A stretch of 64,000 nucleotides of DNA from an uncultured Acidobacteriota bacterium (GTDB lineage: Bacteria; Acidobacteriota; Terriglobia; Terriglobales; Acidobacteriaceae), in contig CAWAXF010000032.1 in NCBI GenBank assembly GCA_963785865.1, forward strand, positions 75,733 through 139,732, in the 5' to 3' direction. A program made the translations under genes and the position numbers. Shown here piece after piece: positions 28,364 to 37,156 of this stretch (the stretch's first letter is position 1; the number at the start of each line of letters is the position of its first letter). A model generated the notes under the pieces. That model ran no database searches, was not told the DNA's origin, and was given only the letters and a program-made list of their open reading frames with translations.

Positions 28364-29395
28364 CTAATCGAGAGGTCCCACGAAATCCTGCGTTACGTAG
28401 TGGAAGAAAATCGACGTGGAGGTTTGTCCGTCTCCCAAGCGATCGCGGTAGTGCGGCAGTTGGGTTCCACGATATGCCAAACCATCTCCCACCGCCTGAT
28501 ACACGGTCACTGTTCCGCCGCTTGTTTGCAGGCGTATTGGCCAGGGCGTAGCCAATGCGGGTTCCGGCGAATAGTCGAGACAAAAGGTGATGCTGTAGTC
28601 GCATTGCTCACGATCGGTGTGCTTCTTGAGTTCAGCTCCTGCTAGATACGATGCCAGGTAAACATACGAGGGCTTAAGTGGCTTCCCTGCCACCTCGCTC
28701 AGCGTTGGAGTGAGCAGATGATGAAAGAATCGCGCCACTGGCTCGTTGTGAGCGATGTATCGTCTGCTACTCTGGCGATCCCCTAGATGAATCGCCCCCG
28801 TCCGAATTTGATGCCGGAAATATCGGCGCAACGCTGCGACATGAAATGGATGTATCAGAGTGCTGAGCGGAGCATAACCCTTCGCTGCAAACTGCGTAGC
28901 GGCGTTCCGCATGGACTCTACGCGGCCATTTGGAAGCGTTCGCTGCGGGGGAATAAGTATGCCCGCTCGTGCCAATACGCCCCGAGTTGCATCCGGAATT
29001 GAAGTTGAAACTGGCTCATTGGGGAGCAAATCTCGCACCAGGGTCTGGAACGCGGTACCCAGCCAGAACGGCAGCAACGTTCCATGATCAGAATCCCTTA
29101 CCCAGGCGATCGTCCCCTGGAGCGCAAAGCCGGATAACAAGTCTGGGCGCGAGCGCAACTCATCGGGCACGTCTGCTCCTGACTGCAAGGTGCACTCGGG
29201 ATTCAGTACCAAATCCCTCTCCGGCGCTTCTTGCAGCCGTCGCCGCGCCGCGTGCGGGAGCAGATGCAGTGGCATTTCATCCAGCATGCAGTAGTAACGA
29301 TCCGGCGGGAAGGTCGCGGTCTCCGGCTGCCGCGCCCCTCCCATCAGAGATGCCATCCACTGCAACCACGCGGAATTGTCTAGTGACGTAGCCAT
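28364..29395 (-). CDS. Uncharacterised protein, probable Fe(II)/2OG-dependent oxygenase fold
   Basis: 343 aa. A candidate HxD...H facial triad is present (KKHTDRE ... QLPHYRD), and STSIFFHYV could be the 2OG-binding strand. Its start overlaps the upstream oxygenase gene by 16 nt. Confidence 0.4.
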   Translation of the reverse strand: MATSLDNSAWLQWMASLMGGARQPETATFPPDRYYCMLDEMPLHLLPHAARRRLQEAPERDLVLNPECTLQSGADVPDELRSRPDLLSGFALQGTIAWVRDSDHGTLLPFWLGTAFQTLVRDLLPNEPVSTSIPDATRGVLARAGILIPPQRTLPNGRVESMRNAATQFAAKGYAPLSTLIHPFHVAALRRYFRHQIRTGAIHLGDRQSSRRYIAHNEPVARFFHHLLTPTLSEVAGKPLKPSYVYLASYLAGAELKKHTDREQCDYSITFCLDYSPEPALATPWPIRLQTSGGTVTVYQAVGDGLAYRGTQLPHYRDRLGDGQTSTSIFFHYVTQDFVGPLD

Positions 29396-30475
29396 CCGTT
29401 TAGGGTGAACCGGCTATCGGCGAAGAGCTGTGACGCGCACTTCACCGCCGTGACTTCATGCAGCAACTCGCACGGGAAAAACACCATCTGGTTCTGCTGC
29501 GGAATGATAGTTTGATAGCTCCCGTCGCTCACATACGAGCCCTGTTCGAGCCGTGCATCGTGAATTCGCAGCTCACCGCCCTCGAAACCACGCGGTTCGC
29601 GATGGAAGAAGTACACGAAGGTCAATGATCGTGACGCGACCCGCTCGCTTCCGTTGTCGCTATGGAAATGGAAGAAGTCGCCATTGTTGCTGGCGGTGAT
29701 TTGCGCTTCCACGCCCGTGATTGCGAATGCATTCCATCCCCAGTTTCTCTAGAATCTGCGGCAATACCGATTTGATGCGCTCCAGCACAACATCCTGGTG
29801 ATGGCCAATATCCATGAGCACGCGCGAGCTCCGGTGCTCGTAATTCACGACGCCTCCTTCCGAATGAGGAGACACTACTTCGCTGGCCTGGAAGTCCCCC
29901 TCGTGATCGAGCGTGAATCGCGTCAGCTCCGCCAGTTCCTGAGGTGCGAGGAATTCGTCGAGCACTACAGAGCGCGCAGCCAGTATCTGGGGCCGCTCTG
30001 CCACACTGACGTTCGTTTGGGAGATCACTGTTCTGGTCGCTGCATGGGGCGGTTGAGGGCCGGGAGATCGGGGTTGCGGCTGAGTGAATGGCTCGGTTGG
30101 AGATACCGGACTAGGCGCGGGGGTACTCGGTGCGATCGGGGTCGGGTGGGGAGGTTGCGGGTCTTTCGGGCCCAGATACTCAGTTGCCGGACGCGTCCCA
30201 TCGGCCCTGACGATGGAAGTACTCTCCTCCAGAATCCGCTCTACAATGCTGCCACCCAGGACCGCGAATGCTCGCTGCGCCACGAGTTCTCCGACTGCCG
30301 ATGCAATCACCGTGCGTACCGCTTCCTGCGTCTCGTGTTTCGCGCTGCTTGCCGAATTGGCATGTTGGAGTATTGCTAAGACGAGAGCGCGCTCCTGCCC
30401 GCTTAGAATCCGCTCATCCTGCAGCAATGTTTGGGAAAAGGAATCAAGAATCTGCTTCGGTGTCATAAAAGACAC
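29380..30475 (-). pseudogene. Prolyl-4-hydroxylase-like 2OG-Fe(II) oxygenase with an N-terminal helical domain and a Pro-rich linker. There is a frame break.
   Basis: The C-terminal part reads GDFFHFHSDNG (HxD) ... TFVYFFH..P..FEGGEL ... VFFPCELLHEV ... SRFTLNGWL. The linker is PKDPQPPHPTPIAPSTPAPSPVSPTEPFTQPQPRSPGPQPP. ORFs 29660..30475 and 29380..29712 overlap in frames offset by 1 nt. Confidence 0.6.
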
Positions 30476-30601
30476 TCCTCCCTGCGTGTAACGGATCGGG
30501 TTGGGGAACCCGCACTACAGGGGAAGCAGGCAAGACCATACAACGCGACCCTGTGAATCGCAAAGAAGATTCTTGCAAAAGAGTAAAACGAAGCCGGTCG
30601 G

Positions 30602-31297
30602 CTACCGGGGGACCAGAGCCGCCACCATGGATTGGAGGACTTTCACTCCATCGGTGCCGCCCAGTTCCGGTTCCGAGGCACGCTCCGGATGCGGCATCAT
30701 ACCTACGACATTCCCGCCCTCGCTGCAAACGCCAGCAATGTTATCCAAAGATCCATTCGGATTGGCCGAGGCGGCAATCTCGCCCGACGGCAGGCAATAA
30801 CGGAAGACAATGCGATTGTTGCTCCTCAACTGCTCCAGCGTTGCCGCGTCGCAGAAGTAATTCCCTTCCATGTGGCCAATCGGGATCGTCAACACCTCTC
30901 CCTTCGAGCAGGCGTTCGTGAACGGGGTGTCGACGTTCTCCACGCGTACCTCGACCGGCTTGCAGACATACTTCAGCCCCACATTTCGCATCAGTGCCCC
31001 GGGCAGGAGTCCCGATTCACACAGAATCTGGAATCCATTGCAAATCCCCAGCACCATTCCCCCACCCGCGGCAAACTTGCGCACGGACTCCATCACGGGT
31101 GAAAACTTTGCAATTGCTCCCGTCCGCAGATAATCGCCATAGGAGAATCCGCCCGGGACAATAACGGCATCGCAGTTCTGCAGGTCGTGCGACTCGTGCC
31201 AAAGAAACGTCACCGGCTGCTTGGCCACGTGCTGGATCGTCCAATACGCGTCGTGATCGCAATTGGAACCGGGAAAGATGATGACCCCGAATTTCAT
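30602..31297 (-). CDS. purQ: Phosphoribosylformylglycinamidine synthase, glutaminase subunit
   Basis: [35 protein letters not shown] (nucleophile Cys), MMPHPER. Confidence 0.9.
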   Translation of the reverse strand: MKFGVIIFPGSNCDHDAYWTIQHVAKQPVTFLWHESHDLQNCDAVIVPGGFSYGDYLRTGAIAKFSPVMESVRKFAAGGGMVLGICNGFQILCESGLLPGALMRNVGLKYVCKPVEVRVENVDTPFTNACSKGEVLTIPIGHMEGNYFCDAATLEQLRSNNRIVFRYCLPSGEIAASANPNGSLDNIAGVCSEGGNVVGMMPHPERASEPELGGTDGVKVLQSMVAALVPR

Positions 31298-31496
31298 GTT
31301 GCCCTCAGTTTTTGGGAGATTATTTCTAGTCTAGCACGGGCCATAGTTCGCTCTGTCTTGGGCGACACAAGCCGGAATCCACCACAATAACCCCGTGCTT
31401 CCCGAACGCCCGCCACACGAGGTCTACGATATTCATCGTGTGATCTGAGTCACATACAACCTGTTACTTTCTTGCTTTCCTCTGCTTGTGATTTTC

Positions 31497-31525
31497 TTGA
31501 CACACATCCGCACTAATTGTATCGT
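31497..31525 (+). promoter_or_regulatory. Candidate sigma70-type promoter (TTGACA-17 nt-TATCGT)
   Basis: A perfect -35 hexamer with a 17-nt spacer and an imperfect -10, about 105 nt upstream of the DUF3857 gene start. Confidence 0.3.
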
Positions 31526-31629
31526 CTCGACCAATCCAACTGTGCTGCGGCGATTTACAGCTCGCGGACACACATTGGTTCCAGCCTCTGTTCCCTTCCC
31601 TCGGCTGGCGGCGTTTACAAGAAAATGAG

Positions 31630-33639
31630 GTGCCACCGGTGAATTTCACCAGCCTGGATTTCTGCGTCTGCCGGAACTCCCTGATAAATTCCGTGCTCCT
31701 GCTTGCGAGCCTTCTTTTCCTATCCCACGACGCATGGTCTGTCGGCTTTCAGCCTGTGTCGCAAGACGAGTTGAAGATGACGAGCGAGCCGAAAGCTCCA
31801 GGAGCCCCCGCCATCATCCTGTTCCGTCAGGTCGATCGTGACGATCGCGGCCTAACCGCCCATGAAGACGTCTATCTCCGAATCAAGATCTTGACCGAAG
31901 ACGGTCGGAGGTACGCCGACATCGAGATCCCGTTCTATAAAGAGCAGGGCAATATCGTGAACCTGCACGCCCGCACTATCAGGCCTGATGGCACGATCGT
32001 GGAGTTCAGCGGGAAAGCATTCGATAAGTCGATCATGAAAGCTCGCGGCGTGAAATATCTGGCCAAGACCTTCACTCTTCCTGATGTCCAGCCTGGCAGC
32101 ATTCTCGAGTATTACTACACCCAGGATCTCGCGGAGCGTTACATCTTCGACTCGCACTGGATTCTCAGTAACGAGCTGTTCACGAAAAATGCGAGGTTCT
32201 CCCTCACCCCATATAACAGTAACTACATGCAGATTTTCCTGCGCTGGACATGGAACAACCTCCCGCCGGGCACCAGTCCGCCCGTCCAGGCCCCGAATCG
32301 CGTCATCTCGATGGAAGCCAGTAACATCCCCGCCTTCCATACTGAAGATTACATGCCCCCAGAAAACGAGATGAAATCTCGCGTCGACTTTATCTACAGC
32401 GACGATATGTTCGAACGTGATATGGACGCTTACTGGAAGAACGTCGGTAAGAAACGCTACCGGGCGCTGGAGAGCTTTATCGGTAAGCAGAAATCCATGG
32501 AACACGCGCTAGGTGAAATTGTGTCCCCCAACGACTCACCTGAAGTTAAACTGCAGAAAATTTATGCCCGTGTTCAACAAATTCGCAATACGTCCTACGA
32601 AGTCGCCAAGACGGAGCAGGAACAGAAGCGCAGCAAGGAAAAAGCTCCCGATAACGTCGAGGAAATCTGGAAGAAGCAATATGGCAACGGCGTGGAATTA
32701 ACATGGCTCTTCCTGGCTCTCGCTCGAGCCGCTGGATTCGAAGCCTCCGGCCTGTGGGTCTCAGACCGCGAGAATTATTTTTTCTTCCCTCAGAGTATGG
32801 ACAGTCGCCGGCTCGATGCCAATGTAGTAGCAGTCAAATTGAACGGCAAAAACGTCTTCTTTGACCCCGGTGCTGCCTTTGCTCCATTTGAGATGCTGCC
32901 TTGGGTGGAAACCGGGGTCCAAGGCCTCCTCCTCGACAAGGATGGGGGAACGTGGGTCCAGACTTCGGTTCCGTTCGCCCACGACTCCGGTACCCGGAGA
33001 AAAGCCGATCTTAGTTTGAGCGAAACGGGGAACCTTGAGGGCAAACTTACGGTGTCTTACACCGGGTTGGAAGCATGGCAGCGACGAGTCGAAAATCGCC
33101 TCACGGATGACGCTGAACGAAAGCGGTTTCTGGAGGACGAGGTTCGAGAGTCGATCCCCGCCGCTTGCGAGGTCGACCTCACGAACCAGCCCGACTGGAA
33201 GAGTTCTTCCTCACCTCTAGTCGGAGAATTCACGTTGAAAATCCCTGGTTGGGTTTCCGGAGCTGGACGGCGAGCATTATTGCCCGTGGGCTTGTTCAGC
33301 GCCCCCGAACAGCACTTGTTCGATCACGCCGATCGTGTACATCCGGTCTATTTCCAATTTCCGTTCGAACGTCAGGACGACATCACTATTGCGCTGCCCC
33401 TAGGGTGGCAGATCTCGACTACACCGAAACCACAAAAGCTCGATGCCAAGGCGATCACGTATTCGCTCGAGGCGAAGAACGACAGCAGTACATTGCATCT
33501 GACTCGACAGCTGGATGTCGATATCGTGCTGGTTCCAGTAAAGGATTACGCCAACCTACGCCAGATTTTTCACATTGTGAGGACGGGCGATGAAGAACAG
33601 GTCATACTGCAACCCGGTGGATCGACTGCCAGCAACTGA
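31630..33639 (+). CDS. DUF3857 / transglutaminase-like / DUF3858 protein with the catalytic triad degenerate
   Basis: Signal peptide and a DUF3857-like N-terminal domain. At the transglutaminase core position it reads QYGNGVELTWLFLALARAAGFEA...ANVVAV...FFDPG, so the Cys and His are absent. Confidence 0.7.
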   Translation: MPPVNFTSLDFCVCRNSLINSVLLLASLLFLSHDAWSVGFQPVSQDELKMTSEPKAPGAPAIILFRQVDRDDRGLTAHEDVYLRIKILTEDGRRYADIEIPFYKEQGNIVNLHARTIRPDGTIVEFSGKAFDKSIMKARGVKYLAKTFTLPDVQPGSILEYYYTQDLAERYIFDSHWILSNELFTKNARFSLTPYNSNYMQIFLRWTWNNLPPGTSPPVQAPNRVISMEASNIPAFHTEDYMPPENEMKSRVDFIYSDDMFERDMDAYWKNVGKKRYRALESFIGKQKSMEHALGEIVSPNDSPEVKLQKIYARVQQIRNTSYEVAKTEQEQKRSKEKAPDNVEEIWKKQYGNGVELTWLFLALARAAGFEASGLWVSDRENYFFFPQSMDSRRLDANVVAVKLNGKNVFFDPGAAFAPFEMLPWVETGVQGLLLDKDGGTWVQTSVPFAHDSGTRRKADLSLSETGNLEGKLTVSYTGLEAWQRRVENRLTDDAERKRFLEDEVRESIPAACEVDLTNQPDWKSSSSPLVGEFTLKIPGWVSGAGRRALLPVGLFSAPEQHLFDHADRVHPVYFQFPFERQDDITIALPLGWQISTTPKPQKLDAKAITYSLEAKNDSSTLHLTRQLDVDIVLVPVKDYANLRQIFHIVRTGDEEQVILQPGGSTASN

Positions 33640-35623
33640 TCGCAATCTGCGGGCCTGCCTCTACATCGGGCTCTGCATACTTGCCTGCATCTGCCCTGCT
33701 CTGGCGGGCGATGCTCCGCCGTGGATGCACGCCGTGGTATCGGTCCCGCTTCCCGCTCACGACGATAAGACCGACGCCGTCCTTCTTTTTTCCGAAAATT
33801 CGATTAACGTCCAATCGCTCGACAAAATCAAGCTCCGAGTCCGCGTAGCCTATAAGATCCTCCGCCCCAGCGGCCGAGAGTATGGGGTCGCGGACGTTTT
33901 CTTCAATCCTCAACGCAAGATCACCGCTCTCCGCGGCTGGTGCATTCCGGCCCAGGGCAAGGATTACGAAGTCAAAGACAAAGAGGCACTCGAGGTTTCG
34001 CTTCCCAGGATAGCCGGAAGCGAACTCATCTCCGACGTCAAAGACAAGGTGTTGCAGATTCCTGCCGCAGATCCCGGCAATGTCGTGGGCTATGAGTACG
34101 AAGCGGAAGAGCGTCCGATGGTTCTGCAGCAGGTCTGGCGTCTACAACACGAAATTCCCGGCCGCGAGCTTCACTACTCTCTCCAACTTCCCTCAGGCTG
34201 GGAATTTAAGGCGTCCTGGATCAACTACGCCGAACGCAAGCCCACGCAGACTGGGCCGAACCAATGGGAATGGATCGTCAGTGACGTAACAGGCATTCGC
34301 AAGGAAGAGGAAATGCCCCCCATCGTCGGAGTGGCCGGCCAGATGGTGGTCTCGTTCTTTCCTCCCGGTGGCGCTGCACTGAACGGTTTTGCCAATTGGT
34401 CCGAGATGGGTAAGTGGTACTCCAATCTGACGAGTGGCCGTCGAGACGCCTCTCCGGAAATCGCTCGCCAGGTTGCCACCCTGATCGCATCTTCCCCCAC
34501 ACCTCTGGAAAAGATGAAGGCCCTCGCGCACTTCGTGCAACACGATATTCGCTATGTGGCCATTGAACTTGGCATCGGGGGCTGGCAGCCTCACCCTGCT
34601 GCGGACGTCTTCACGCATCATTACGGTGACTGCAAGGATAAGGCAACCTTGCTCAGTTCGATGTTGAAGCAGATCGGCGTGGAATCCTTTTATGTGGTCA
34701 TTAATGCTCGCCGCGGCTCGGTTACCCCGCAAATGCCAGCCACAGTCGGAATGTTTAATCACGCCATATTGGCGATCCAACTCCCGCCCAACACTTCCGA
34801 CGCGTCTTTAGTGGCGAAGGTGGAACACCCGCGCTTTGGCACCCTTCTTTATTTCGATCCCACCAACGAATTGACGCCCTTCGGTGAAATCGGAGGCTAC
34901 TTGCAGCAGAACTATGGGCTGCTGGTCACTGCCAACGGCGGAGAACTGGTCGAGCTTCCCAGGCAACCCTCGGCCATGAACAGTATTATGCGCGCCGGCA
35001 AACTCACGCTAGAACCATCTGGCGCATTACGAGGTGAGGTCGACGAAACACGGCTGGGGGATCGCGCGTCGGCAGAACGCTGGCGCCTCCGCACCGTCGA
35101 CAAAAGCTCCGACCGCATCAAGCCCATCGAAGATCTGCTCGCTGGATCCCTCTCCCTCTTTCGTATCACTCAGGCGAGCTTAATCAACCTCAATGAAACC
35201 AGTCAGCCTTTCGGGTTCCATTACGCTTTTGAGGTCCAGAGCTACGCCAAGGATGTCGGTGGTCTTCTGCTCGTGCGGCCGCGGGTCTTGGGTGTCAAGA
35301 CAAGCGGCATCCTTGAAACGAGGGAACCTCGCCAGTTCCCCATCGAATTCGAGGGCCCTTCGCGCGACACCGACACCTTCGATATCAAAATACCCGTCGG
35401 CTATGTTGTGGACGATCTCCCTCCTCCCGTAGACGCCGACTACAGTTTCGCAAGCTACCACGCCAAGACTGAAATCAAAGACAATCAAATCCACTACACC
35501 CGCACCTTCGAAGTAAAAGAGTTAAGCGTCCCCGTTTCTCGCGCCGAAGAGCTGAAAAGGTTCTACCGCATCATCGCTGGAGATGAACGAAACACAGTTG
35601 TGCTGAAAACCGCGGGACAGTGA
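33590..35623 (+). CDS. DUF3857 / transglutaminase-like cysteine protease-fold protein with the triad intact
   Basis: Signal peptide. The core reads HHYGDCKDKATLLSSMLKQIGVESFYVV...FNHAILAI...LYFDPT, so Cys-His-Asp is present. The ORF-track start overlaps the upstream gene by 50 nt, and GTG 33617 is an alternative. Confidence 0.75.
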   Translation: MKNRSYCNPVDRLPATDRNLRACLYIGLCILACICPALAGDAPPWMHAVVSVPLPAHDDKTDAVLLFSENSINVQSLDKIKLRVRVAYKILRPSGREYGVADVFFNPQRKITALRGWCIPAQGKDYEVKDKEALEVSLPRIAGSELISDVKDKVLQIPAADPGNVVGYEYEAEERPMVLQQVWRLQHEIPGRELHYSLQLPSGWEFKASWINYAERKPTQTGPNQWEWIVSDVTGIRKEEEMPPIVGVAGQMVVSFFPPGGAALNGFANWSEMGKWYSNLTSGRRDASPEIARQVATLIASSPTPLEKMKALAHFVQHDIRYVAIELGIGGWQPHPAADVFTHHYGDCKDKATLLSSMLKQIGVESFYVVINARRGSVTPQMPATVGMFNHAILAIQLPPNTSDASLVAKVEHPRFGTLLYFDPTNELTPFGEIGGYLQQNYGLLVTANGGELVELPRQPSAMNSIMRAGKLTLEPSGALRGEVDETRLGDRASAERWRLRTVDKSSDRIKPIEDLLAGSLSLFRITQASLINLNETSQPFGFHYAFEVQSYAKDVGGLLLVRPRVLGVKTSGILETREPRQFPIEFEGPSRDTDTFDIKIPVGYVVDDLPPPVDADYSFASYHAKTEIKDNQIHYTRTFEVKELSVPVSRAEELKRFYRIIAGDERNTVVLKTAGQ

Positions 35624-35655
35624 GTTTCGGCATCAAAGGTTACGGTATCTGCTAG

Positions 35656-36531
35656 CTATCGAGGACTTGAGGAAGGCACGAGTTGAGGCTTGTTCTCAAC
35701 CCCGTTCAAAACAGGCGTAATCTCCGGCCGTTTTTCTGGCACTGGAAATGTGCTCCGTAAAGTTTCAATTTCAGAAGGTGTGTCGCTGTCTGTCTCGCCT
35801 TGTGATGCCAACTCGCGGCGGTAACTCTCCGGGGGATATCCTCGAGCCGAAACCACAGCCCAATGCCATTCGCCGTTCGAAACCGCGGTGCCGATCAGGC
35901 GTGAACTGAAGCTTGTGACTGACCACGGCACTCCGACCGCTCGCATGCGATAGATCACAGTCGTGTCCGGTTTCTTGTCGGCTCGGGAAGGTCGATGGTT
36001 TGCGCTCTCGGTCTGTGACATTGGATTTTCTAGAGGCGCATCAACTCCAGGCTGGTTATTTATAACCGTGAACGCGACCGAAATTTCACTCACGTGCCAA
36101 TCGGTTCCGTTATGTACCGAGACCGTCAGCGCGTCGTCTGCAAGGGTTGCATGCCCTTCCAGCCTGGCCACATCACTGGCGGGAAGCTCCATCTCCGAAT
36201 ACTGCTTCGCAAGCAAAGCCTTCACGTTTGACGAGAACGACAGGTTGCAAGTGACGTCCGGCGCGGACACCCGAAACCCGCTCCCGTCACCCGACATCAG
36301 ATATCGCAACGATGTCCCGAACCCGCGGCGGCTCTCCACCTGCTGCAGCACTTGCGTCAGATTATCGTCATCGATGACCGCCTGCTTCGGCGGTTTCTTG
36401 CGCAGATTGCGCGCGACGTCCCCCAACGGCGTCTCGGTGGGCTCATCTTGCCCGATCGCCCGAAAGGGCGCCAGCGCCGCGCCCAAAGCAGCCAGCGCCA
36501 GCCAAAGCCGTGTTCGAGAAAAGCGCAACAT
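35656..36531 (-). CDS. Hypothetical secreted protein
   Basis: ATG 36531 gives the signal peptide MLRFSRTRLWLALAALGAALAPFRAIGQ. Composition is normal, unlike the S/R/C-rich antisense ORF. No motif was recognised. Confidence 0.5.
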   Translation of the reverse strand: MLRFSRTRLWLALAALGAALAPFRAIGQDEPTETPLGDVARNLRKKPPKQAVIDDDNLTQVLQQVESRRGFGTSLRYLMSGDGSGFRVSAPDVTCNLSFSSNVKALLAKQYSEMELPASDVARLEGHATLADDALTVSVHNGTDWHVSEISVAFTVINNQPGVDAPLENPMSQTESANHRPSRADKKPDTTVIYRMRAVGVPWSVTSFSSRLIGTAVSNGEWHWAVVSARGYPPESYRRELASQGETDSDTPSEIETLRSTFPVPEKRPEITPVLNGVENKPQLVPSSSPR

Positions 36532-37156
36532 TAGGCAACAACACTCGATCGCACACTTCTCCCCGGGTGCGTACACGAGCACCTGCAGAGAGTCACTACG
36601 CTTCATTTTATGGAGGAAACAGACAGACGGAACCGCGCAGGAAAACCTTGGTAATGGTACTGAGGGTCGTAGCGAACAGGATCAACGGGCGCGCGTTAAC
36701 GAAATGGAGGCGCAACGGGTGCGCGCGCCCTGGGTCAGTTCCGCTTACAAAAGACCCTGCGATCGAAACCTTGTGACTGGGTCTACCACGACTGGAATCG
36801 CTTGCCGCTTAAAAAACCAGCGGGCCACCGCAAAGCCAATCGCCGCGTAGCATAGGTGAATCACTTTCATAGATACCCCCCACTCCGGCCCGATCTTTTC
36901 ACCTTCAGGGGAGAACTTCATACGTCCTATCGGCACGATACCAATCACCCTGAAGAGGGACAAGGCACGACAGTGCCATCGGATGGCACAGAGGTAATAC
37001 GAGTAACACGTGTACATGGATGACGTTTGCCGGGAAATTGTTTGCGAACGAAATGCGGGCGTGTGCCCTGGGATGCACTTGCCGAAGACAACTGCGTTCG
37101 GTGATAAGCAAGCAGGGTCATGGCTGGAGCTGCCGATAGCCAAGACCCAACCCAGC

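Noticed and set aside
33590-33639. The 50-nt overlap between the two DUF3857 genes, considered as another frame break or originally one fused gene.
   Set aside because: The downstream ORF begins with its own signal-peptide-like segment, and both proteins are full-length for the family. The overlap is more likely an over-extended start, with GTG 33617 available.
36745-37143. 132-aa minus-strand ORF called as a protein.
   Set aside because: The N-terminal roughly 75 residues are Cys/Ser/Arg-rich and non-protein-like. Only the last 40-58 codons look plausible, and those are treated as a low-confidence micro-ORF in the findings.
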